Shown here one piece after another: positions 37,559 to 45,360 of a stretch of 58,951 nucleotides of DNA. The stretch is taken from positions 1 through 58,951 of IMG/VR virus record IMGVR_UViG_3300031227_000044, one strand, 5' to 3'. Both the position numbers and the translations under genes were made by a program. Below the pieces are notes generated by a model. It did no database searches, had not been told where the DNA came from, and saw only the letters and a list, made by a program, of their open reading frames with translations. The stretch comes from a virus. Taxonomy: Duplodnaviria > Caudoviricetes. Within the stretch, counting starts at the first letter, position 1; each line of letters opens with the position of its first letter.

Positions 37559-37969
37559 ATGCCTTCAAAAAGATGGACCGAAAAAGAAGATTATGCCTTA
37601 ACCGAAATGCTGAAACGGTACAGGGAGAAGGAAGGGCAAACAAGGGTCATCAGCATCGAGGCGTGGTCCAGCTTCGCCGAATCCCTAAACAATCTTTACG
37701 GCGAAAACAGAACATTCAACTCCTGCATGTCACGGATGCAACGGTTGCAAAAAACCGGTAAGAAGGAAAGGCAAAGCCCCCCGGTATTTAACCAGCCGAT
37801 TGTGCTCCTTAACGACCGGAGCGCAGACCCGCCGGAAAAAGAACCCGCGCCAAATACGGACCTTTTTGAGCTTCGCCGCACGGCGATCTTGGCCCGCATT
37901 CGCAAACTGGCGAAAGACATGAAAACCACAGCGGACGCCTTGCTTGAACTTCTGATCGATGAAATCTGA
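37559..37969 (+). CDS. Myb/SANT-like HTH protein
   Basis: WTEKEDYAL...W..FAESL...RTFNSCMSR; AGGAG RBS. Confidence 0.65.
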   Translation: MPSKRWTEKEDYALTEMLKRYREKEGQTRVISIEAWSSFAESLNNLYGENRTFNSCMSRMQRLQKTGKKERQSPPVFNQPIVLLNDRSADPPEKEPAPNTDLFELRRTAILARIRKLAKDMKTTADALLELLIDEI

Positions 37970-38294
37970 AAGGAGAAACGGGATGCCTGACCATAAACGA
38001 CAGGATGAAGCTTTAGATAAGTACATAACCAGGCAAATGCGTAACGCCCTCAATGAGTCCCATTACAAGGGCATGAGGGAAGGCGTCAAGAGGTACGCCA
38101 CTCAGCCCCGAGCAAATGGAAAATGGTTTGTCGGCAGCCGCAACACGACGCTCAAGGAAGCCCTGGCCGAGATCGACAAGGAAGAAGAGGCCAAGCAACC
38201 GACGCCCAAGGATTCTCCTTTCGACCGAAAAGAATCAGGGCACAAACCAACGATCTACATAAACGTCCCAACGACAAAGAAGACAGTAACATGA
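37959..38294 (+). CDS. Hypothetical protein (start may be 37983)
   Basis: AGGAG RBS before MPDHK. Confidence 0.55.
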   Translation: MKSERRNGMPDHKRQDEALDKYITRQMRNALNESHYKGMREGVKRYATQPRANGKWFVGSRNTTLKEALAEIDKEEEAKQPTPKDSPFDRKESGHKPTIYINVPTTKKTVT

Positions 38295-38506
38295 TTAAGC
38301 TCACCGACGCCGAACGGCTCAAGAGGCTCAACGGAAAGGCAAGCCTTCACATCATCGACCTGCTCATTCTGTGGTATCCGAAGGGGCGACGCGGGGTAAA
38401 GCAACTCCTGATCGACCTGGCCAGGAAGCGCCACAAGTTAACCTGGTTCGACGCGTGGCTGATGGACACCGAAGGAACTTCACCGTCAAATTTCAGGAGT
38501 AAATGA
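38291..38506 (+). CDS. Hypothetical protein
   Basis: ATGA coupling. Confidence 0.5.
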   Translation: MIKLTDAERLKRLNGKASLHIIDLLILWYPKGRRGVKQLLIDLARKRHKLTWFDAWLMDTEGTSPSNFRSK

Positions 38507-38700
38507 AAATGGCTTTCGATGAAAACGGATCAATGCGTGAGTTATGCATTCAGCAGGGGTACGTCCCGGAAGGATGCCAAATGGACGGGTTTATGATTAT
38601 GGCATTCATAAACAGCGCAAAAGACCCCTGCGATGGATGTAAAGAGGACAAGCTAAAATGCGGTGGAAGGCCAACGCGGGCGGAGGTCAACGATGTCTGA
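38503..38700 (+). CDS. Small Cys-rich protein
   Basis: CIQQGYVPEGC...DPCDGC...KCGGR. Confidence 0.6.
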   Translation: MKMAFDENGSMRELCIQQGYVPEGCQMDGFMIMAFINSAKDPCDGCKEDKLKCGGRPTRAEVNDV

Positions 38701-38848
38701 ATTCGAGTGCTACTGCGGTGCGATCATGATCCACGGCGTGTGCCCGAAGTGCGGCAACAAATACCCGGCCTACATGGACGGCCTGAGCGAAAACGAGATC
38801 GTGGCACGGGATCAGGCGGATGAACAACCGGAGGACGAAGAAGAATGA
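38693..38848 (+). CDS. Small zinc-ribbon protein
   Basis: CYCG...CPKCG; GGAGG RBS. Confidence 0.55.
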   Translation: MSEFECYCGAIMIHGVCPKCGNKYPAYMDGLSENEIVARDQADEQPEDEEE

Positions 38849-39126
38849 AAGAAACTTGCAAAACCTGCGACCACTGGGATGCTGAAAGTTACCAAAAACA
38901 TTGCGATGCCAAGGATCGATGGATTAAGGAAAGGGATGAGTTAAACACGTTGTCAGGAGGGAGAACCATTCCGTTCACTATTTGGGCTCAGAAAATGTCC
39001 GAAGATCCGGGAACGCCAACGGGCGACTGCCGACGCTTCCCTCAGATCGTAAAAAAAGCCCCGGGCGATTACTGTGGTGAACACAGAACAACGCCGAAAA
39101 ACAACGAACCGGAGGGAAGCGAATGA
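38845..39126 (+). CDS. CxxCxxW-family small protein
   Basis: CKTCDHW...GDCRRFP...YCGEH. Confidence 0.65.
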   Translation: MKETCKTCDHWDAESYQKHCDAKDRWIKERDELNTLSGGRTIPFTIWAQKMSEDPGTPTGDCRRFPQIVKKAPGDYCGEHRTTPKNNEPEGSE

Positions 39127-39386
39127 AGTTTTTCAAATTCCTAAAACGCAAGAAGCAAACGGCCATACTTATGCCCCGTGATGAAAGGGGTACGTGCTGG
39201 AATTGCGAGTTTGGTCTTGTGAAGACCGATTTTCAAGACAAGGTTCCTATGGTCAAATGCGGTATAACGGCTCAAATTCGCCATGACAGTTCCTATGAAA
39301 AGGATGGCGATGGCATGACCTGCGGCGATTGGAGAAGGACCACGGACGAAGTGATCAGAACGCCGATAAACGCGGAGGACGAATGA
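39123..39386 (+). CDS. CxxC-family small protein
   Basis: CWNCEF...KCG...TCGDW. Confidence 0.6.
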   Translation: MKFFKFLKRKKQTAILMPRDERGTCWNCEFGLVKTDFQDKVPMVKCGITAQIRHDSSYEKDGDGMTCGDWRRTTDEVIRTPINAEDE

Positions 39387-39598
39387 AAAAATGCTGTGAG
39401 ACGTGTGCGGCATGGGACATAAAAGCACAGTGGGCTTCCGTTCACGAATCGACTGACAAGGACACTGCCTATTGCTACGATCCGCAAGCATCCATGGCAT
39501 TTGGACCTTCAACCAACAAGGACTTCGGGGAACTTTGTACCCACTGGATCGCCCGCAACCGAGTATCCCCGAGCCCGGATTACTCGAAACGGAAATAA
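39383..39598 (+). CDS. CxxCxxW-family small protein
   Basis: CETCAAW...YCY...LCTHW. Confidence 0.6.
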   Translation: MKKCCETCAAWDIKAQWASVHESTDKDTAYCYDPQASMAFGPSTNKDFGELCTHWIARNRVSPSPDYSKRK

Positions 39599-39675
39599 CC
39601 CCAAACCAATCGTTTATGAAATGGCTCAAGTCAAAGAAGAAAAGTAAGCAATGAATAACCACGAAGGAGCCAGCG

Positions 39676-39921
39676 ATGTCCAGGCGAACATATAACGAAT
39701 TTGCGTGCTCCGTCATTGAGGTAGAGGTTGCCGGAAAACTTGTTGATTTGAGAAACGCCAAGGGGTTCGCCGTCGAGGCAACGAGGGAGCATCCGATCAC
39801 AACAGGAACCTTTACGATCATCAAAAGAGACGGAAGCCGAGAGGAAGTCAAGGGCAGGCCAATCACCGTCAGGGACAAGGAAACAAAACGACTCATTGCA
39901 ATGGAGGAACCAGCACCATGA
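39676..39921 (+). CDS. Hypothetical protein
   Basis: AGGAG RBS. Confidence 0.6.
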   Translation: MSRRTYNEFACSVIEVEVAGKLVDLRNAKGFAVEATREHPITTGTFTIIKRDGSREEVKGRPITVRDKETKRLIAMEEPAP

Positions 39922-41177
39922 AACCACAGACCATCATTCGGCTTGAAGCCGAGAACGTGAAGGGGATCAGGGCAATCGAGATCACGCCAGACGGCGGACC
40001 CGTGGTAGTCGTGGGGGGAGAGAACGAGGCCGGCAAGTCATCGGTCTTGGATTCAATCGCCTATGCCCTGGCCGGTAAAGGTGCGCTCCCATCCAGGCCC
40101 ATCAGGGACGGCGAAGAGAAGGCCCACGTCATCTTGGAAACAGAGGAGATCGTTGTCACCAGGAGGTTCACCGAGAAGGGGACAAGCCTGGTCGTGACGG
40201 GCAAGGACGGCGCCAAGTTCACCAGCCCCCAGACGATGCTCGACAAGCTGACCGGCGCCCTTTCCTTTGACCCCCTGGACTTTGCAAGGCAGAAGGCATC
40301 GGTGCAGATGGCCACGCTCAAGAACCTCGTGGGCCTCGACTTCGCCGACCTGGACGAGCAGCGCGGGAGTATTTACGCGCAACGGACAGTGACGAACGGA
40401 AATGCCCGATCCTTCAAGGCCCAGCTTGAAGCCACGCTTTTCAACGAGGGTGTGCCCGACAAGGAGGTGTCGTTGTCCGAACTCATCGCCGAGCGGGACC
40501 GGTGCCAGGCGCACAACGCCATCATCGGGAAGCTGGAAAGAACCATCAAGCAGGAAGAGGATGAGGTTGCTCGACAGAAAATTAGAATGGGGCTTCTGAA
40601 AGCCGAGTTGCAAACGGCTACATCTAAGGTCGATGCCGCTGTGGCGCGGCGAAGACAAGCCGTTGGCTCAGTGGATGTCATGGGCAAGCTCATGGACACA
40701 GACGCCATCACGGCCAAGATCGAGTCCGCCGAGGGCACCAACCGGAAGGTCCGGGAGAACGGGCAGTACAGGGCCCTGGGCGCACAGTATGTGGCAACCG
40801 GGAAAGAAGCGGACGACATGACGGGCCAGATCCAGGACATCGACGACAAGAAGGCAACCATGCTGGCCGAGGCCGACTTCCCGGTGGAGGGGCTTGGCCT
40901 GGGCGAGAACGGAGTCGAGATCAAAGGCGTACCCCTCGACCAGTGTTCGGGCGCACAGCGATTGAAGTTGTCCGTTGCGATGGGGTTGGCCATGAATCCC
41001 ACGTTGCGGGTGCTGCTGATCCGGGACGGCTCGTTTCTGGGGGACAACAACCTGGCGACCATTTCCGAGATGGCATCGGAGGCCGGGGCGCAGATCTGGA
41101 TCGAACGTGTGGGCGAAGACGACAACGTGACGGTCATCATCGAAGATGGGTGCGTCAAACAAGGAGAAGAGTCATGA
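39918..41177 (+). CDS. SMC/Rad50-like ABC ATPase (AAA_23 family)
   Basis: GENEAGKSSVLD, coiled coil, signature SGAQ, LLIRDGS. Confidence 0.88.
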   Translation: MKPQTIIRLEAENVKGIRAIEITPDGGPVVVVGGENEAGKSSVLDSIAYALAGKGALPSRPIRDGEEKAHVILETEEIVVTRRFTEKGTSLVVTGKDGAKFTSPQTMLDKLTGALSFDPLDFARQKASVQMATLKNLVGLDFADLDEQRGSIYAQRTVTNGNARSFKAQLEATLFNEGVPDKEVSLSELIAERDRCQAHNAIIGKLERTIKQEEDEVARQKIRMGLLKAELQTATSKVDAAVARRRQAVGSVDVMGKLMDTDAITAKIESAEGTNRKVRENGQYRALGAQYVATGKEADDMTGQIQDIDDKKATMLAEADFPVEGLGLGENGVEIKGVPLDQCSGAQRLKLSVAMGLAMNPTLRVLLIRDGSFLGDNNLATISEMASEAGAQIWIERVGEDDNVTVIIEDGCVKQGEES

Positions 41178-41518
41178 GCATATTAAAAGGCGTTATGGAC
41201 CGGTTGGGTCGGGACTTAGGGTTGGCCCACGCGGTCCTAGATCTTTTGATGGACACAGAAGCCCCGGACCACGCGATGCTACAAGATCGACGGATTTTAA
41301 GGATTGCAGAGCACGGCTACCCGACAGAGGAAGGCTGGTATTGGGTATCGGATCCCGGTAGAGCAGCCGGGCACCGCCTCGTGGTGAGGAGGATCGAGAA
41401 GGCGGCAAGCGGAACGCAGTTGGAGGTTGTTGGAAACTGCTTGCTTGACAAGTTTCTGGACGATGGCGGCAAGATCTTCGGCGGGCCGATCCCCAGGCCC
41501 GAGGAGGAAGGGCTATGA
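41174..41518 (+). CDS. Hypothetical protein
   Basis: PTEEGWYW...GPIPRP motif; AGGAG RBS. Confidence 0.6.
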   Translation: MSILKGVMDRLGRDLGLAHAVLDLLMDTEAPDHAMLQDRRILRIAEHGYPTEEGWYWVSDPGRAAGHRLVVRRIEKAASGTQLEVVGNCLLDKFLDDGGKIFGGPIPRPEEEGL

Positions 41519-41919
41519 AGAAAGTATGCGAGACTTGCGCGGTATGGGATAACGCATCTTCCCAGGGCGACCCGGAAGGCGAATGGGGGCCATGCTGTCT
41601 TAACCCGCCAACGCTTATTGTCAGGTTAAGCCCAGAGGAAACCAACAATCAGGCGGCAGTAGATTTTGATCCGCTTGGCCACTACCCCAAGACAAGCAGC
41701 CACGACTCATGTGGTCAGTGGACGCCCCGCGAAATCGGCACATGCGGAGAGTGCCGGTGGTGGGATTGGCGTGGAAGCGACCAAAAAGAAGCCGACGACA
41801 AGGGCTGTTGTCTCGTTAGGGCACCTTCTGGATCGCCTTGGTTTCCAGCGACGGCAATCGGTCAAGTGGGCTGCGGCGACTGGGAACCGAAACCGGAAGG
41901 CGACGAGGACAAGCCATGA
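41515..41919 (+). CDS. Tandem CxxCxxW-domain protein
   Basis: CETCAVW...GPCCLNPP...SCGQW, then CGECRWW...GCCLVRAP...GCGDW. Confidence 0.7.
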   Translation: MKKVCETCAVWDNASSQGDPEGEWGPCCLNPPTLIVRLSPEETNNQAAVDFDPLGHYPKTSSHDSCGQWTPREIGTCGECRWWDWRGSDQKEADDKGCCLVRAPSGSPWFPATAIGQVGCGDWEPKPEGDEDKP

Positions 41920-42236
41920 AGAAGCCCCTCCACCTCGACCGCGCCAAGGCAATCTACTTCCAGGTCTTCAACGTACCCATGCCCAAGCACGTAGCCGAAT
42001 GCTTTCATGCCGTGCTGACCACGGGCAAGGCCACGCAAACCCGGGAGGACAGCCGGCTCGAAGGCTTCACGGCCATACCGCTCATCATCGGAATCATGTA
42101 CGCCAAGCGGTGCAGGCCCTATACGCTCGTGTCGTCTAACTTCCACCAGGCGAGGGTGCTGCGGACCATACGGGACAACCCCATGGTACTGTCGGCCCCG
42201 AAGCGCCGTTACCTCACGATCAAGATGGAAGCGTAG
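41916..42236 (+). CDS. Hypothetical protein
   Basis: ATGA coupling, GAGG RBS. Confidence 0.6.
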   Translation: MKKPLHLDRAKAIYFQVFNVPMPKHVAECFHAVLTTGKATQTREDSRLEGFTAIPLIIGIMYAKRCRPYTLVSSNFHQARVLRTIRDNPMVLSAPKRRYLTIKMEA

Positions 42237-42245
42237 GGGGCCGAC

Positions 42246-42722
42246 ATGGCGGTACGGCGAATCTCAGACCCATATGACGCCCAGGCGATTCTTTCCATGT
42301 CCGCGCCAGGTGATGTCCTGGAGTTCATGAACAAGACGTATTATCTTGACGCGGAAAACTTCAAATTAAAGAACCACCAGACGCTTGTATTCAACGACAC
42401 CGAGATAGATGTAGGAACGTATGGGCTGGGAATAGTTGTTCCGATAAACACGGAATGCATCATGAGGGGAAAGCTCTCCATGCCCTTCCATGGAGTGTAC
42501 GTTTCCAGCCGCGCCAACCTCCATCTGGAGCTAAGAAATTCAACGGTCAGCATCTACAAGGGCGACGGGATAACCGGACGACACGCAATAATCCAGGGGT
42601 GGGCCAACGGGCAGGCGGTGAACAACCCTGATCGCCTGGAGCTTGTTCATAATCCCGAGGCGAGAAGGCAGCCGGAACCCCCAGTCAGGATGCTCACACG
42701 ACGCTTGAGGTCGCGCAAATGA
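42246..42722 (+). CDS. Beta-rich hypothetical protein ending MLTRRLRSRK
   Basis: APGDVLEF...Y.L start reminiscent of a short beta-helix; C-terminal motif. Confidence 0.6.
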   Translation: MAVRRISDPYDAQAILSMSAPGDVLEFMNKTYYLDAENFKLKNHQTLVFNDTEIDVGTYGLGIVVPINTECIMRGKLSMPFHGVYVSSRANLHLELRNSTVSIYKGDGITGRHAIIQGWANGQAVNNPDRLELVHNPEARRQPEPPVRMLTRRLRSRK

Positions 42723-42997
42723 TCAACCACCAAGAAACAAAAGCTTGGATCACGTTAGCCGATGGCAGAACGCTGGAGGTGCTGGTGAAGCAGGTTACAA
42801 CTACCCCGCGCCCCGCTTTCACATCAACGATTGAACACGGCATGGAGGTCCACTGGGGGGCGGGTGACACCGAGATAACGATAGCGGGCCACATTCTTCA
42901 AGAGCACGACGCGCCACCAGAGCTTGGCAATGAAGTGGAAGAAGTAAACCTTCCCATGCACCGTATGCTTACCCGAAGGCTGAGGTCGCGCAAATGA
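42719..42997 (+). CDS. Hypothetical protein ending MLTRRLRSRK
   Basis: ATGA coupling; same C-terminus as previous gene. Confidence 0.65.
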   Translation: MINHQETKAWITLADGRTLEVLVKQVTTTPRPAFTSTIEHGMEVHWGAGDTEITIAGHILQEHDAPPELGNEVEEVNLPMHRMLTRRLRSRK

Positions 42998-43353
42998 CAG
43001 ACCCGACATACAACGCAACCGCGATCTTGAACATGGCCCTGGTGGATCTGCGTAACCAGGACCGACCGCCACCACACCCGATCATCAGGGCGATGGAACG
43101 GTACGGCCTGGCACTCACGACGGAAGACTTACGGGACGCCACACGCGACATCGAAAATAGCGTAGGGGTAAAGGGCCCGTACCTTGGCCAGGGTCGCCGC
43201 ATCTACTACATCAAGATCAAGAACGTGACGTGCAGAATAGTTTACAACCAGTCACACAAACACATCGTGACCTTCCTGCCCCCGACTGGTCCCTTGGTAT
43301 GCAAGAAAAAGTTTTGCCCGACAAAGAGCATGAGAAGGAGATACGCATCATGA
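42994..43353 (+). CDS. Putative BECR/RelE-like fold protein (DUF4258-like)
   Basis: HPIIRAMERYGL...RIVY...IVTFLP pattern. Confidence 0.55.
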   Translation: MTDPTYNATAILNMALVDLRNQDRPPPHPIIRAMERYGLALTTEDLRDATRDIENSVGVKGPYLGQGRRIYYIKIKNVTCRIVYNQSHKHIVTFLPPTGPLVCKKKFCPTKSMRRRYAS

Positions 43354-43592
43354 GCCCCGAATTGCATGGACGACTGACGTTATCGGAATCATCCCAGTAC
43401 CTGGAAGAACAGCACGGTAAGGTCGTGTCCCCCCACACCCTGAGCGTACAGCACAGAAACGGCCGACTCGAAACCAAGCTGGTCCTCGGACGCCTGACGG
43501 TAACGAAGTCCGAGCTTGACCGGTACGCCCGCGAGAGTGCTGGTAAGCGCCGGCTTCGCAAGAACACGAGCCGTGGTAGGAAAAAGAGTTGA
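43350..43592 (+). CDS. Excisionase/MerR-like HTH protein
   Basis: LTLSESSQYL...GRL...VTKSELDRY. Confidence 0.6.
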   Translation: MSPELHGRLTLSESSQYLEEQHGKVVSPHTLSVQHRNGRLETKLVLGRLTVTKSELDRYARESAGKRRLRKNTSRGRKKS

Positions 43593-43611
43593 TCGCTACC
43601 ACATAAACCTC

Positions 43612-43652
43612 TTGACAATGGCACAAGGTCCGTAGTACACTAGGTCCGTAGT
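43612..43652 (+). promoter_or_regulatory. Promoter P4 with direct-repeat operator
   Basis: TTGACA-N18-TACACT; AGGTCCGTAGT at 43626-43636 and 43642-43652. Confidence 0.7.
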
Positions 43653-43681
43653 TGAGATCGACAAACAAAAGGGGAAACGAG

Positions 43682-43900
43682 ATGCCGAAGGTGATGGTGG
43701 ACAACAAGCAGATCGCCAAGATGGACCAGGCTTTGAACCACGGGCTCATCACAGGTGTGGGCGCGGGCAAGAGGGCAAGGGGAAGCCGAGCGGTACTGTT
43801 GCGCCGGATTCTGGACAAAGCCCTGGAGGGCAGCCCAAAGGACATCGCCAGAAGGCATTCAGACGCAAACCAGAAGTTTGAGACAAAAGACCTCGATTAG
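43682..43900 (+). CDS. Ribbon-helix-helix (CopG-like) regulator
   Basis: MPKVMVD...IAKMD...SRAVLLRRILDKAL. Confidence 0.6.
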   Translation: MPKVMVDNKQIAKMDQALNHGLITGVGAGKRARGSRAVLLRRILDKALEGSPKDIARRHSDANQKFETKDLD

Positions 43901-43930
43901 AAGACCGTAGCGAAAAGGAATCACGCACAT

Positions 43931-44011
43931 GGGCCGGGTCGCAATCAAGACATCTCTGATCGCAAAATCGTGGTGGGTTGAGCCATCGGGAGATCCTTGC
44001 GGCCCGGTCCC
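43931..44011 (+). ncRNA. Long intergenic stem-loop RNA element
   Basis: GGGCCGGGTCGCAA pairs with TTGCGGCCCGGTCC; inner ATCTCTGAT/ATCGGGAGAT helix; followed by TGCTTTATTT. Confidence 0.5.
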
Positions 44012-44041
44012 TGCTTTATTTAAACGACAAAGGAGATAGCC

Positions 44042-45241
44042 ATGTCAGACGAAAATCACGAAGTCGAAGCCTTCCAGCCCCTTGAGGCCGAGCTTTTACC
44101 GAAGGAGCATCAGGCCGTACAGGCGCCCACCATCGACTACCACATGTTCGAGGTGGCGCATCGGATGGGCGACCGCGACCTGGGCCTCATCAAGGACAGG
44201 GTTGAGTACGAGGCGTCCCAGAGCCCGAGCGACATGACCTACCAGTGGTCCGCAGGCGGCTCGATCATCAAGGGCGCGACGATCAAGCTGGCCAACATCA
44301 TCGCCCGGAACTTCAAGTGGATCGCCGTGGACACCCAGGTCATATCCGAAAACTCCCGTGAGTGGAAGATCAAGGCCGTCATTGTTGACTTCCAGGAAGG
44401 GCAAATCTATGGCCGAATCTTCGTGCAGCGCAAGAGCCAGAGGGCGGGCGGCAAGATGGATGAAGCCCGCGCCGAAGACATCGCCTTTCAGATCGGCCAG
44501 AGCAAGGCGGTTCGCAACGTGGTGCTGAATTACGCCCCGCCCTTCATCGTGGACGCGGCAATCGAAGCGGCCGAGCAGGGAACGCTGACCAAGATTCGCA
44601 AAATGGGCCTTGAGAAGGCCATCCAGAGATCCACGAAATACCTGGCCACATTCAAGATCGGCGAAGCCCGCATCGCCGGCAAGCGCGGGAAGCCCTTTAA
44701 GGAGTTCCTGGATTCGGACGTGCTGGCCCTGTGGGGCGACTGCACGGCGATCAAGGAGGGGCAGATCGGAGCCGACGCCGCCTTCCCCGAGATCAAGGAC
44801 GTGCCGGAACCCAAGGCCAAGCCGAAGCCCGCTCCCAAGCCCGCGCCCAAGGCAGCACCCGCCCCCAAGCCCAAGGCCAAGCCTGCACCGAAGCCGGCCC
44901 CGGAGCCCGATCCGGAACCCACACCGGGGGTGGATGACGAGCCCCCCGAAGATACCGCCCCGGGCGACGACCTGTTCGATGACCTGGATCCCGAGTCCGC
45001 CCCCGAACCGGAGCCCGAGCCTGAACCGGAGCCTGAAGGTGTGCCGGATGAAGACGTGGCCATGGACCTTGAGGTAAGGCTCGTCGGCCTTGAAGACGAG
45101 TACGGCAAGGAGCGGGTTGGCAAATACCTGGATGCGGTCCTGGACGCCGGATGGAACAATTCCACCAACACCGAGAAGTCCAACGCGATGGCCATGGCTC
45201 GGGATGCGTTTGAGCAGGCAAAGAAGAACAGCGAGAAATAG
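44042..45241 (+). CDS. Putative single-strand annealing recombinase with Pro/Lys-rich and acidic linker
   Basis: IKGATIKLA...IGQSKAVRNVVL motif; precedes exonuclease and SSB. Confidence 0.55.
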   Translation: MSDENHEVEAFQPLEAELLPKEHQAVQAPTIDYHMFEVAHRMGDRDLGLIKDRVEYEASQSPSDMTYQWSAGGSIIKGATIKLANIIARNFKWIAVDTQVISENSREWKIKAVIVDFQEGQIYGRIFVQRKSQRAGGKMDEARAEDIAFQIGQSKAVRNVVLNYAPPFIVDAAIEAAEQGTLTKIRKMGLEKAIQRSTKYLATFKIGEARIAGKRGKPFKEFLDSDVLALWGDCTAIKEGQIGADAAFPEIKDVPEPKAKPKPAPKPAPKAAPAPKPKAKPAPKPAPEPDPEPTPGVDDEPPEDTAPGDDLFDDLDPESAPEPEPEPEPEPEGVPDEDVAMDLEVRLVGLEDEYGKERVGKYLDAVLDAGWNNSTNTEKSNAMAMARDAFEQAKKNSEK

Positions 45242-45259
45242 GTCCTTTACAACCGAACA

Positions 45260-45333
45260 GCGGCTGCGGCTCCACGCGGGAGAGTAGGCGAATCAGCCCC
45301 CGCCGGCGGTCGGTTCAAATCCGGCCAGTCGCT
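45260..45333 (+). tRNA. Non-canonical tRNA-like element (pseudo-tRNA), no CCA
   Basis: Acceptor GCGGCTG/CAGTCGC, D stem GCTC/GAGT, anticodon stem GGCG/CGCC, T arm GTCGG-TTCAAAT-CCGGC. Confidence 0.6.
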
Positions 45334-45360
45334 TAGACTTGAAAGGAATGGAGTAACCCA

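Noticed and set aside
44800-45040. PKAKPKPAP and PEPEPE repeats as TonB-like or repeat element
   Set aside because: Low-complexity linker within the recombinase-like ORF
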